DNA of 64,000 nt from Fibrobacterales bacterium (GCA_051532035.1 JAOPTW010000032.1:1-64000), one strand, 5' to 3'. Shown: positions 41,079 through 50,984, counted from the first letter of the stretch. Notes: a model not told the origin generated them from the sequence alone. Made by a program: numbers and translations.

Positions 41079-41699
41079 TTAGTTATTAAGTTCTTTCAAT
41101 ATCAGGGTTACACCAAGCTCAATTTGCTTTTTAACCCAATGAATTCTGTCTTCGACTCTATGAATAAGTAACACAAGTGGAAACGCAATTACAAGACCTG
41201 ATTGTGTGGTAATAAGTGCCTCAGAAATACCTCCAGCCATTAAACCAGGATTAGAGTTCCCATAAAGAGTAATCACATCAAAGGTACTCATCATCCCAGT
41301 TACCGTCCCCAACAAGCCAAGAAGTGGCGCAAGCCCTGCAAGTACCACCGCAAACTGTAATCCTTTATCAATATTAACGAGGTTTTTACCAATTCTCTCT
41401 TTCAAGATATTATTGAGACCCACACCTTTTGATCGATGAAATTTAATTGCAAGACGTAGGTTTCGAGATATAATACCGGGATTATTTTTCAGCAACCGTT
41501 CAGCCTCAGTATACCGTTTCTGCTGTACCAATTGGCTCATCTCATTTATCATTGCATGAGTATCGGGCCGATACATATCATACCCTATATTTCTTACAAG
41601 CATAAAGAGAATATAAAAAGCCCAGGCCCCCGCCAGAAAGATAGGAAGTAATACCCATCCCCCCGCTTGAACTGCTTCGTATAATGCATCAACTAACAC
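41079..41699 (-). CDS. exbB: ExbB (MotA/TolQ/ExbB family)
   Basis: APLLGLLGTVTGMMSTF, MAGGISEALITTQSGLVIAFP; GTG start. Confidence 0.9.
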   Translation of the reverse strand: MLVDALYEAVQAGGWVLLPIFLAGAWAFYILFMLVRNIGYDMYRPDTHAMINEMSQLVQQKRYTEAERLLKNNPGIISRNLRLAIKFHRSKGVGLNNILKERIGKNLVNIDKGLQFAVVLAGLAPLLGLLGTVTGMMSTFDVITLYGNSNPGLMAGGISEALITTQSGLVIAFPLVLLIHRVEDRIHWVKKQIELGVTLILKELNN

Positions 41700-41701
41700 C
41701 G

Positions 41702-43198
41702 TTACAGCTCCGAACCTGAATCAGGCCATATTTTATTAAGTACTTCCATACTATACCCCTGCAAGTTTGCAGTAATCGACTCCAATTTTTCAGAAAGGTA
41801 TCCATGTATTAGTAAAATTGGAATAGCGATAACAAGCCCTGTCTGAGTTGTCACTAACGCCTCAGATATACCACCCGCAAGTATTTTGGGGTCATTCGTC
41901 CCCACGTCCGTGATAACCATAAAGAGAGTAATCATACCTGACACCGTGCCTAAAAGCCCTAAAAGTGGAGCTGAAGCTCCAAGGGCCGCGACAATACCGA
42001 GTCGCTTCTCTAATTCAGGAAGCTCTTTAAGCAAGTTCTCTTTCACTGCTTTCTCTGCTCCATCTCTACTGCCCTCCACACTATTCATAATGGCATAGAT
42101 TACACAACTTAAACTCGACTTACTCGCATTACATACCTTTTTGACCCCTTCCCAATTTTTCTTGCGAACCATTGGTCTAATCGTTCTCATAAAGCGCTCT
42201 TCCGATCGTCCTCTTTTTCGGTAGAGTAACAATCGTTCTAGAGCTAAGATAAATGCTAGGAATGCACATCCAATCAATGGGTACATCACTACACCACCTT
42301 TACCAAACCACACTTGCACCTCTACCCAAAACCCGCTCTTCGCATCTTTTGTATAACCACGGCCCAAAGATTTAGTTTGCAACACATCCATTGGAATAAC
42401 TACTGCCACCTTTGCCCCCACTGCAGCACTGATTGCTGTCGCAACATTTTGTTCATACGATTCTTTAAGATTACTTCTCCACGTAAATATTTTACCTTGT
42501 AACTGACCGGTTCTCAAAAGTGTCTGTACTCTATTTTGGCCACCTCGTTCAAGCTCACCGATAAACACCGTACCTAATCGGAGTTGTTTTACGGGCACAT
42601 CAGCAATCCCTGCAACAATGCTATTCTTTTGCCTTAACTCCTGAGTAATCGTTAATTCAAGTCGATTTGCTCGTTCAGCCACATAGAGTTCAATAGCTTC
42701 ATGTATTGAGTTTTTCGATTCTGCAAGTGAAGAGGCCTTAGAAAGCTGTGCTGTTCTTTCAGTTATGCGCAGAGGCATATCCCGACTTAATTCCTGAGCT
42801 TGTTTATCAATATTCTGTTTTACTTCCGTCTTAAAGCCCTCAATACGGTCGTTCAATACCTCGAGTCGTTCACCCTCTTCTTCTGTAAACCGCTTATACC
42901 TCTGCAATTCATCTTTTTTAATAGCAGCTGTTGATGCAAGTTTTGTATAACGGGATTCAAGCATACGAGTTTTATCTTCAAACTCTTTTGCCTGAATATT
43001 CTGCTTATATCGAGCATTCCAACGATCAGCCTCCTTCTTTTCGAGAACATTAAGCTTTTCATTTTTTAAAGATTTAAGCGCTACAATCTCTTTCTTAAGA
43101 AGCGCAGCTTTTTTCACTTCAGCATCATTTTTTTCAGCGGCAACAAGAGGCGCCCCTACAAACAGAGCTATTAACGCAATACTCATAATCTTTTTCAT
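41702..43198 (-). CDS. Large ExbB-like protein with periplasmic coiled coil (TtpC-like)
   Basis: Signal peptide, long coiled coil, RLGT, then GGVVMYP, APLLGLLGTVSGMI, LAGGISEALVTTQTGL. Confidence 0.85.
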   Translation of the reverse strand: MKKIMSIALIALFVGAPLVAAEKNDAEVKKAALLKKEIVALKSLKNEKLNVLEKKEADRWNARYKQNIQAKEFEDKTRMLESRYTKLASTAAIKKDELQRYKRFTEEEGERLEVLNDRIEGFKTEVKQNIDKQAQELSRDMPLRITERTAQLSKASSLAESKNSIHEAIELYVAERANRLELTITQELRQKNSIVAGIADVPVKQLRLGTVFIGELERGGQNRVQTLLRTGQLQGKIFTWRSNLKESYEQNVATAISAAVGAKVAVVIPMDVLQTKSLGRGYTKDAKSGFWVEVQVWFGKGGVVMYPLIGCAFLAFILALERLLLYRKRGRSEERFMRTIRPMVRKKNWEGVKKVCNASKSSLSCVIYAIMNSVEGSRDGAEKAVKENLLKELPELEKRLGIVAALGASAPLLGLLGTVSGMITLFMVITDVGTNDPKILAGGISEALVTTQTGLVIAIPILLIHGYLSEKLESITANLQGYSMEVLNKIWPDSGSEL

Positions 43199-44043
43199 TA
43201 TTTAACCTCACTTGTGAGAGAAAGAGACAGTGGCAGTGAAACAATTTCCGGTGCTTTTTTAGCAAGCTTAACGTCAATAGCATTTCTCACCATTTCACGT
43301 TCTGAGAAATTCAAATCCTCTATCCAAACATACGAGAGAACCCCGTCCTTCATTTCTCTTTTTAATACGCCATATAGCTTTTCATCTTCATCGACATAAA
43401 CCATCCACTGATTACCAATCCGCAACATCTTAACGTTTGCCACTTCACCATCTTTTCGAACAACCGATGTTGTTGTAACAACCACTTCATCACCAAAGCG
43501 GATTTCCTCTGAAAGAATAGATTTTAAACGTCCAAAACCTTCTTCAGGAGTTGCGTTACCACTTTCCAGGTCTCGTTTAAGTACAGCAATTCTTTCAAGT
43601 CGCACATTTTTCTTCTCTGGAAGCGACCGTTCTATGAGGCTTTCTACATTCCCCGCCAACGTAGCCAATTTCTTGGTTAGAAACTCAGCATAAGCCTTAC
43701 TATTTTTAATTCTTACTTCAAGTGATTGCTGCTGTTGAACCTCTTTTTGAATAGCAGCCTGAACTCCTGTGAGTTCTTTTTGAATAGCTTCCAACTCACT
43801 GGTCCGACGAACCACATCATCAGTATGCCTTTTCTTCAAAAGTGCAAAGCGCGACTCCTCCATACGACTTAATGAATCAGTCTGATCAATTTTTAATTTA
43901 AGTTCCTTTATGTCCTTTGCAAGAGACTCTTTAATGGTCTCTAAAGAATCAATTGCATCTGCACTATTTGCAAATATTTGAATATTCAAGCACAACAATA
44001 GTGCAAAAATAGTTGCTGGTATAGTTATGGTACGTTGTTTCAT
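43198..44043 (-). CDS. DUF3450 family protein (TtpB-like)
   Basis: Signal peptide, coiled coil, SLP...RLERI, EIRFG, MLRIG, C-terminal APEIVSLP. Confidence 0.8.
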   Translation of the reverse strand: MKQRTITIPATIFALLLCLNIQIFANSADAIDSLETIKESLAKDIKELKLKIDQTDSLSRMEESRFALLKKRHTDDVVRRTSELEAIQKELTGVQAAIQKEVQQQQSLEVRIKNSKAYAEFLTKKLATLAGNVESLIERSLPEKKNVRLERIAVLKRDLESGNATPEEGFGRLKSILSEEIRFGDEVVVTTTSVVRKDGEVANVKMLRIGNQWMVYVDEDEKLYGVLKREMKDGVLSYVWIEDLNFSEREMVRNAIDVKLAKKAPEIVSLPLSLSLTSEVK

Positions 44044-44052
44044 TCTTTTCCT

Positions 44053-45906
44053 CTATTGTATACAAACAGTCTGTTGTGGGTTTTCGACGCAATACTGTGC
44101 AGCCTCTTTTTCAAGTACCCGTGAATATCTTCCTTCTTTCTTAAGTTGCTCAACATAGAGCACTAACCCCGGTCCACATTGTGGAAACAGCGTCATATCC
44201 CATTGCTTATCGCTACAATAATCAAAGAGTTGATCCTTCTCTATTGAATTTTGATTTGTATTCCATGCCTTAGTTTTGATTGAATCACACAGTGGCGAAA
44301 GGTAGTTCTCATTCAGGCAATAGCGATTAAAGCCCTCATCCACTGAGTACTCAAGCTTACTATACTGGATCAAATAAGTATTACGCTCCATAATCTCATT
44401 ATTTTCTGGCAATGCTTGAGTTACAGAATCAAATGCCATTATTGAGTCAACAGGTACTTGCCATACTGAATCAAGTTCTTCTTCCCACGTCACTAAGAGT
44501 TGAGAAAACTCAATAGTATCAAGATATCCATCCAATTTTTGCGCAACAAAAACAGGATGGCACACTTCATTAGTAAAACGGATAGACTCACACCATGGTT
44601 CGAGATACTCCCGACACCGCTGAGTATCCCCCCAGTCTTTACTACACCGGTCAACAATAGTCTCTTCTCTCGTAAAATAATCTTCTGTTGAATCTATACG
44701 AACCACGAACTCAAACGAATCGACAATAGCACTTGAAAAGAAGCCTCGAGCACCATTGATATTAAAGACCGGGGGTGTTTTCGTGTCACTTTCGGCCATA
44801 ATTGTCCCATCAACATATTTATAATACTCACGGTCATAGGCATAAAAATAGACCTTATTATACCCGCCAACATACCAAATATTAAACACTGCTATATTAT
44901 CGAGAAGCAAGCCTCCACTGGGACTCTCTTGCTGCGGATAAATAATAAGTCGCCTCAAGTTTCCATTATAATAATAGTCAGCTGCCGTAGATGGGATACC
45001 CACAAACTGTTCGAGATCAAAAGCATTTTTAGGAAACGTCGATGCACTATCATCAAATGCATGAGTGATTAACACTGATTCAACATCATCACTATACGTT
45101 GTTGGATAAATATGTTGACTCGTATTTTGTGTTCCATACAAATAGTTAATGGTATCACCCCGAGTGTAATAACTTACCTTCTCGAGTGTGCCATCAATTC
45201 TTACCGCTTCATCATATATGGAATCTAAGTTCTCTTCCATAAACTGTATCAACCGTTCAGGGTTTTGCTGAAGAAGCTGTGGTATTTTTTCAAAATCAGG
45301 CTGGCCCGTTTCATCATATATTTGAGGAAGAAGATCTGCATATAGTACCAATAATTCACTCTGAAAAATTGTTAACAACTCTATTTGTATACGACTATCA
45401 AGTAGGCTAAACCATTGAATATACCCTGTTGAATCAACCGGCTTTGGTGCAAGTGAGGGTAATGTCAAGTTCGCAGTATCCTTAAGGTCAAACATCCCAG
45501 GCACCTGTGTTTCGGCTGAAAATGTTGTCACGACCTGTGTACCCAAACTATCCCACCATATTGAACCTGCCAATGTGTAGACTTCACCTCGTAGAATAAT
45601 GAGACCTGAATCACTCACAAAACTATTGGCAATATCGTCACTCGACGTAAGGGGATACTGTACACCGTTATGAGTCAGTGACACTGATGCAGAATCATAA
45701 AAGTTGAAATAGGGGGTCCGGACCTCATTCAGTTCATGAAGCATTTCTACATAGACTTCCGTCACCGGCCTATCTGCAATCAATGTCGCAGTAACATACA
45801 ATCCATTATAGGGCTCTTCTGCCTCAGGAGAGTACTCCCAAGGTCCAGGAATTGATTCACACCCTAAGAACAATAACACAGCTAATAATCCAAAATATTT
45901 ATTCAT
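44053..45906 (-). CDS. Lipoprotein partner of the TonB-dependent receptor (DUF4249-like) with Cys-rich C-terminus
   Basis: Lipobox FLGC, GEVYTL..ETQVP, YYKY...FNINGARGFFSS. Confidence 0.7.
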   Translation of the reverse strand: MNKYFGLLAVLLFLGCESIPGPWEYSPEAEEPYNGLYVTATLIADRPVTEVYVEMLHELNEVRTPYFNFYDSASVSLTHNGVQYPLTSSDDIANSFVSDSGLIILRGEVYTLAGSIWWDSLGTQVVTTFSAETQVPGMFDLKDTANLTLPSLAPKPVDSTGYIQWFSLLDSRIQIELLTIFQSELLVLYADLLPQIYDETGQPDFEKIPQLLQQNPERLIQFMEENLDSIYDEAVRIDGTLEKVSYYTRGDTINYLYGTQNTSQHIYPTTYSDDVESVLITHAFDDSASTFPKNAFDLEQFVGIPSTAADYYYNGNLRRLIIYPQQESPSGGLLLDNIAVFNIWYVGGYNKVYFYAYDREYYKYVDGTIMAESDTKTPPVFNINGARGFFSSAIVDSFEFVVRIDSTEDYFTREETIVDRCSKDWGDTQRCREYLEPWCESIRFTNEVCHPVFVAQKLDGYLDTIEFSQLLVTWEEELDSVWQVPVDSIMAFDSVTQALPENNEIMERNTYLIQYSKLEYSVDEGFNRYCLNENYLSPLCDSIKTKAWNTNQNSIEKDQLFDYCSDKQWDMTLFPQCGPGLVLYVEQLKKEGRYSRVLEKEAAQYCVENPQQTVCIQ

Positions 45907-45915
45907 ACAGTTCTC

Positions 45916-48462
45916 CTAAAAGCGATATTCGTAGTTGAGGAACACAGGTAAAAAGGGCAATTGATTAAACTCTTCACGTATAGGAATATCACCAGTGGTG
46001 TCGTAAAAGTACTGAAATACATTTTCATGATTTGTCACATTTATTATTGTAAATGATAGATTCCACTTTCCTTCACGTCCGATATCGAACAACTTGACAT
46101 CAAATCTAAAATAGGCTGGATACCGAGCTTCATTTCTTCCGCGTAGTGGCACCGATGTGTTATTTTCATAGCCAGGAGTTGGCCCCCCAGGCGAAACCCC
46201 ATTACCCTGACCAACTTCATGAGTAGTCAAGTGACCGGCTACTTCAGAATAAGGGAGCCCTGTTGCATATTTAATCGCGATAGAACTATTCCAATAACGG
46301 CCTGGTACATCATGTTTCCATATACCATCTTTCCCTTTCCAATTAATTCCTGCATCTATCTTCACACTATGAGTTTGATCCCAGTTAGCAGAGTATGCTG
46401 CATCATTTTTTGCTTTACTTGATGCATCAGAGCCCAGGTCTTGCACTATTGATCGACCATAGGTATAACTAACACCGCCAAACACTTTGCCAGCATCTTT
46501 TCGAATAAGTGTTTCAAATCCATAGCTATAGCCTTCGCCCATCTTAAAGAAATCACCAAAGACATTATCTCTACTCTGTACAATACTATCTGCGGTGCCA
46601 TTAATATCAAACACATAGAGGTTTTTAAAGGTTTTATAATACGTTTCAAGTGTCACATCAAACATATCAAACACTTGAGGTCTAAAGAATCCAAGTGAAA
46701 GTAAATTCGACTCTGATGGTTTCATTTCAGTAAAATTGGTTTTACGAGTCGGGTAATAAAATTCATTAATACTCTCCTGATCACTAAACTGTAAATTATT
46801 AATAAACTGTTTGTAATGGCCCAAATGGAAATCAATAATTTGTTGAGCAGGCAATTTGAACTGTAATGATATTCGGGGTTCAAAATAGACATTCATCAAA
46901 TCACTATGGAGTGATGCACGAAGGCCTGGTGTTATCGTTATATCACCAACAGTATATTTATCTTCTAAAAACGCTGAATGGAGCCAAAAATCATACTGAT
47001 CAATACTTGTAAAATCTGATGCTTCACTTTCAGCAGAGTCATTACTTTGCCCCCCTTTAAACTCTTGTATAAAGGCGATATCGAGAAGCTGCGATTCTAT
47101 ACCCACTGCGACTTGTTGGTTGCTCATACCAGTATAACGAGCCCCTCCTTTAAATACAACACCCCACATCTCATTTTTAAAACTACTTATTCCTTGCAGA
47201 CCAAACATCTGGTGAAACTTACTGTAACTTGCAGACCCAAATAGATTAATATCTTTAAATGCATTATTGTAAATATAATTCGTTGCATACAGCTCATTTC
47301 CCCACTCAACTTTAAAGGGCCCAAAGTCTAACTGATCTTCTCCACGATACATACTTGTCATGATACTTTCATCTTCAGAAAAGTCATACGCTACATTACC
47401 CTGCAGATCCCAAAAATCATAATCAATCTCTAGATCCGTCAGACCTACCCATCGAAAAGCATCGAGCATTGAACTAAACCAGGTCATGCGTCCTGCCATA
47501 AGCCAACGCACATTATTGTGGCGCCCCTCCCAATGGAGTTGCCCTGCAAAGGTACTGATCTTAGCTGTTGAATTTGAAAAATATGTATTCGCCGAATCAT
47601 TGCCACCTTTTCGCGAATGAACGTCGACCACAGATGCAAGCCTATTTCCATATTCTGGACTAAAGCCGCCTTTATAAAAATTCACTTCTTCGATACCCTC
47701 TACTAAAAATGTTGAGAAGAGTCCAAAAAAGTGAATCGGTGAATAGACTATACCATTGTCAAAAAGAAAGAGGTTTTGGTCTGAACTCGCTCCTCGCACA
47801 TAGAGTTTAGAAGAAAAGTCTGAACTAGCAACAACCCCAGGCAAAGCCTGAATGGATTTTATAACATCAGCCTCTGCAAGGCTCGGCATTCTCCTAATTG
47901 ACTTAGCCGAAATAGTGGTCTTACCGAGCGCCCTTTTAGGTCTCTTTCTCAAACGAACCACAGTCTTACGCAATTTAGTTCGTTTCTCAATTGTCTGATT
48001 AACATCACTACTCAAGTCACTCTCAAGACTATCCATTGCTGGTGCAGTCGTATCGACATACGCTGTCAGTTGCACCTCTTCTTCTCTATTGTCAAAAAGC
48101 ATCTCGCCACTCACGGCTTCGCCAATTACTTGATTAAATGCAGAGTCATTTGTTGTATGGGTTATTTCGTAACACTTCTCTTTTTCTGTGTCACTAAAAC
48201 AGATATTCCATAGTGAGTCAAAGGGGAGCACTAAATCAAACGGAACGCCATACATTACCGATTGCTGTGCCCCACTCTCAAGTACTTCTAATGATACAGA
48301 GTCGCTCTTTATAAAGAGGGAGTCCTGTAACACTCCAGTAAACAGGAAGCCTGAAGGTTTTTTAAGGGCGAGTGAATCTACCTTCTTTTCTGCAGTCACT
48401 AAACTACAAAAGAGAACGGCCAAAATCACAAGCACTCTTTTTAGGTCATAGCTATAGTTCAT
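45916..48462 (-). CDS. TonB-dependent outer membrane receptor
   Basis: Plug DVIKSIQALPGV..LYVRGASSDQNLFLFD, FYKGGFSPEYGNRLASV, EPRIS, C-terminal YEYRF. Confidence 0.92.
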   Translation of the reverse strand: MNYSYDLKRVLVILAVLFCSLVTAEKKVDSLALKKPSGFLFTGVLQDSLFIKSDSVSLEVLESGAQQSVMYGVPFDLVLPFDSLWNICFSDTEKEKCYEITHTTNDSAFNQVIGEAVSGEMLFDNREEEVQLTAYVDTTAPAMDSLESDLSSDVNQTIEKRTKLRKTVVRLRKRPKRALGKTTISAKSIRRMPSLAEADVIKSIQALPGVVASSDFSSKLYVRGASSDQNLFLFDNGIVYSPIHFFGLFSTFLVEGIEEVNFYKGGFSPEYGNRLASVVDVHSRKGGNDSANTYFSNSTAKISTFAGQLHWEGRHNNVRWLMAGRMTWFSSMLDAFRWVGLTDLEIDYDFWDLQGNVAYDFSEDESIMTSMYRGEDQLDFGPFKVEWGNELYATNYIYNNAFKDINLFGSASYSKFHQMFGLQGISSFKNEMWGVVFKGGARYTGMSNQQVAVGIESQLLDIAFIQEFKGGQSNDSAESEASDFTSIDQYDFWLHSAFLEDKYTVGDITITPGLRASLHSDLMNVYFEPRISLQFKLPAQQIIDFHLGHYKQFINNLQFSDQESINEFYYPTRKTNFTEMKPSESNLLSLGFFRPQVFDMFDVTLETYYKTFKNLYVFDINGTADSIVQSRDNVFGDFFKMGEGYSYGFETLIRKDAGKVFGGVSYTYGRSIVQDLGSDASSKAKNDAAYSANWDQTHSVKIDAGINWKGKDGIWKHDVPGRYWNSSIAIKYATGLPYSEVAGHLTTHEVGQGNGVSPGGPTPGYENNTSVPLRGRNEARYPAYFRFDVKLFDIGREGKWNLSFTIINVTNHENVFQYFYDTTGDIPIREEFNQLPFLPVFLNYEYRF

Positions 48463-49010
48463 TTTAAAATATTCGCCTTTCTAAATTCTGTTAATGTGTC
48501 TTGACTCCACTTCACTCTCTGTTCGCAACTCGTCAGCCCAAAGCGAAGTGTCGCAAGCCAATACTCTTTGGAGGGGTGATCAACTTCCATAAGCATTTTT
48601 TCAATTGATTGGAGCTCTATCAACTTTTCTTCAAATTGTTCTTGATGCTCACAAAGAATTTTTCCTGCCGCCTCTCCTCCAGAGCGCGCACAGAGAAATA
48701 TTTTTAATAGCACTTCTTCTCGATGACTCGGAATCTCAGTTTTTGCAACTACCCAGCTGTCGAGCGCAGCTAAACCTTTAGGCGTAATAGCGTATCTTTT
48801 TTTATCACGCTTATTGAGCGATTCACTCTGAACTTCTTCTACCCAGTTGTTTTCTTGTAGTTTTTTAAGTGCCGGATAAATTTGACCATAGCTTTCACTC
48901 CAAAAAAAGCTAATGCTTTTTTCTATGGTACTTTTAATGTCATACCCAGTCTCAGCTCCATTTGCTAATAGACCTAATATGACATATTTTGTTCGACTCT
49001 CTTTTGCCAC
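48459..49010 (-). CDS. PadR family transcriptional regulator (AphA-like, with C-terminal extension)
   Basis: ILGLL..TGYDIK..FFWSESYGQIYPALKKL, KKRYAITPKG; GTG start with AAGGTG RBS; stop overlaps the receptor ATG. Confidence 0.92.
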   Translation of the reverse strand: MAKESRTKYVILGLLANGAETGYDIKSTIEKSISFFWSESYGQIYPALKKLQENNWVEEVQSESLNKRDKKRYAITPKGLAALDSWVVAKTEIPSHREEVLLKIFLCARSGGEAAGKILCEHQEQFEEKLIELQSIEKMLMEVDHPSKEYWLATLRFGLTSCEQRVKWSQDTLTEFRKANILK

Positions 49011-49022
49011 AATACACCTTTA

Positions 49023-49039
49023 TATATCTAACAGATATA
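49023..49039. promoter_or_regulatory. Putative PadR operator
   Basis: Inverted repeat TATATCT-AAC-AGATATA immediately upstream of the padR RBS. Confidence 0.55.
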
Positions 49040-49471
49040 AATTAGTAATCATTTATATTTTTATGGATACTTTTACTCATTTTTTACTCACTACTCGAAA
49101 TTTATTATCTCTTTAACTTGTTTAAAAACAACTTGTTACAAAGCATTCACCCAACAAGTATATAAAAACATGTCTTCCCAAATCTCATACTACCAAAGGC
49201 TGTTTTCCTTAGAATGTCAGCAAAACTTAATGCTGAATATTTAATTATTTTAGTCATCCTATCCTCCTATTCTCTTTCTATATCTCTTAGACACATAGAG
49301 ATTCTCATTATGTCACCCAAATGTATACTTTGATATACTTTTCCGAGTAATTGATACATTTTGTTACACGGGCTTACATATCTACAAGATATGCGCTATA
49401 GAACCCAGAATAAGTAGACACTATCTTTCACTATTCGCTTAAAATGCATGCTTTATACCTCACAGCCCTAT

Positions 49472-49487
49472 GTAAACAATTGTTTAC
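49472..49487. promoter_or_regulatory. Perfect 16-bp palindrome, putative operator
   Basis: GTAAACAATTGTTTAC. Confidence 0.5.
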
Positions 49488-49494
49488 GAAAGAA

Positions 49495-49537
49495 TGTGAC
49501 AACCATCACAGACAACTATTGTATCAGGAAGTATATT
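49495..49537 (+). promoter_or_regulatory. CRP/FNR-family box and -10 element (class II geometry)
   Basis: TGTGA-N6-TCACA at 49495-49510 and TATATT at 49532-49537; box centred about -41.5 from a predicted TSS at 49544. Confidence 0.6.
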
Positions 49538-49622
49538 CATTTCAGAGTGATTGAGAAACTACCGCTTATTTGATTGACCACTTCTTAAATTAACGTCTTC
49601 CGAAATCTAAAGGTCGGGTACG

Positions 49623-49650
49623 AAAAAGCTGCTTAAATGCAGCTTTTTTT
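49623..49650 (+). terminator. Intrinsic terminator inside the 5' leader of the polyamine operon (attenuator)
   Basis: AAAAAGCTGC-TTAAAT-GCAGCTTTTTTT, 60 nt upstream of the ATG at 49710. Confidence 0.75.
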
Positions 49651-49709
49651 GTTTGTATACTCTTTCAAATTTTTATCTTTCAGCTGCTAAATTTTTCATT
49701 GAGGTTATC

Positions 49710-50900
49710 ATGAGCACTGTAGTTATTATTGGCGCCGGCGGCGTTGGCAATGTTGTCACACATAAATGCGCTCAAGTACCCGATGTCTTTACCAATATCA
49801 TTCTGGCGAGTCGCACTGAGTCAAAATGCACAGCTATTGCGGCTAATGTAAAAGAGACCTTAGCTATCGAAATTACTACAGATCAAGTCGATGCAGACAA
49901 TGTACCAGAACTTGTCGCTCTCTTTAAAAAGCACCGGCCCAAACTCTGCATAAATGTAGCACTCCCCTACCAAGACCTCACTATCATGGACGCTTGCCTC
50001 GAGTGCAACGTCAATTACCTCGACACTGCAAACTATGAGCCTATAGACGAAGCTAAATTTGAATACTCATGGCAATGGGCCTATCAAGATAAATTTAAGG
50101 CCAAAGGACTTACCGCACTTCTTGGCTGCGGCTTTGACCCAGGAGTTACCGGCGTCTATACCGCCTACGCCCAAAAACATTATTTTGATGAAATGCACTA
50201 CATCGACATTGTAGACTGTAATGGTGGTGACCACGGTAAAGCATTTGCAACTAATTTCAATCCAGAAATCAACATCCGTGAAATCACCCAGAAGGGCAAG
50301 TACTACGATGGCAATTGGAAAGACACTAAACCCATGGAGATCCATCAGCCTATAGACTATCCAGGAATCGGTGAGCGCGAAAGTTATCTATTGTATCACG
50401 AAGAGCTTGAATCACTGGTAAAGAACTTCACTGACATTAAACGCATTCGATTTTGGATGACCTTTGGTCAAGAGTACCTTACCCATCTTCGTGTTCTCCA
50501 AAATGTGGGTATGACACGAATTGATGAGATCGAGTATAATGGGCAAAAGATTGTCCCTCTTCAATTTTTAAAAGCAGTACTTCCGGAACCTTCATCGCTT
50601 GCTGAAAATTACACCGGTCTCACCTGTATCGGTGTACAAGTTAAGGGCATCAAAGATGGTAAAGACACAGACTACTTTGTGTACAACAACTGCGACCACG
50701 CTGCTTGTTACAAAGAGGTAAAGGCCCAAGCGGTCGGATATACTACAGGAGTCCCTGCAATGATCGGTGCAAAAATGCTTCTCACAGGAGTTTGGTCAGG
50801 AGCTGGCGTGTTTAATGTCGAAGAATTCAATCCCGATCCCTTTATGGAGGACCTCAATACCTATGGCCTCCCTTGGAAAGAGCGTGGGGCAATTTTTTAA
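49710..50900 (+). CDS. Carboxy(nor)spermidine dehydrogenase (saccharopine dehydrogenase family)
   Basis: IIGAGGVG, NVALPYQDL, YLDTANYE, GCGFDPG, ATNFNPEINIRE, YTTGVPA; adjacent to nspC; ATG at 49710 after GAGG. Confidence 0.92.
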   Translation: MSTVVIIGAGGVGNVVTHKCAQVPDVFTNIILASRTESKCTAIAANVKETLAIEITTDQVDADNVPELVALFKKHRPKLCINVALPYQDLTIMDACLECNVNYLDTANYEPIDEAKFEYSWQWAYQDKFKAKGLTALLGCGFDPGVTGVYTAYAQKHYFDEMHYIDIVDCNGGDHGKAFATNFNPEINIREITQKGKYYDGNWKDTKPMEIHQPIDYPGIGERESYLLYHEELESLVKNFTDIKRIRFWMTFGQEYLTHLRVLQNVGMTRIDEIEYNGQKIVPLQFLKAVLPEPSSLAENYTGLTCIGVQVKGIKDGKDTDYFVYNNCDHAACYKEVKAQAVGYTTGVPAMIGAKMLLTGVWSGAGVFNVEEFNPDPFMEDLNTYGLPWKERGAIF

Positions 50901-50918
50901 TCCACGCCCCAACTTTTT

Positions 50919-50950
50919 ATAGTCAGAAGCGGAATTCTTCTTCTGACTAT
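50919..50950. other. Intercistronic hairpin
   Basis: ATAGTCAGAAG-N10-CTTCTGACTAT between the two polyamine genes; no U-tract. Confidence 0.55.
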
Positions 50951-50984
50951 CCTACAATCACGGTATACTCAAAAAGAGCACGCA

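Noticed and set aside
49040..49470. Long AT-rich intergenic stretch with short direct repeats (TTTTACTCA twice; GATAC/GTTAC-like)
   Set aside because: No ORF or stable structure recognised; repeats too short to distinguish from chance
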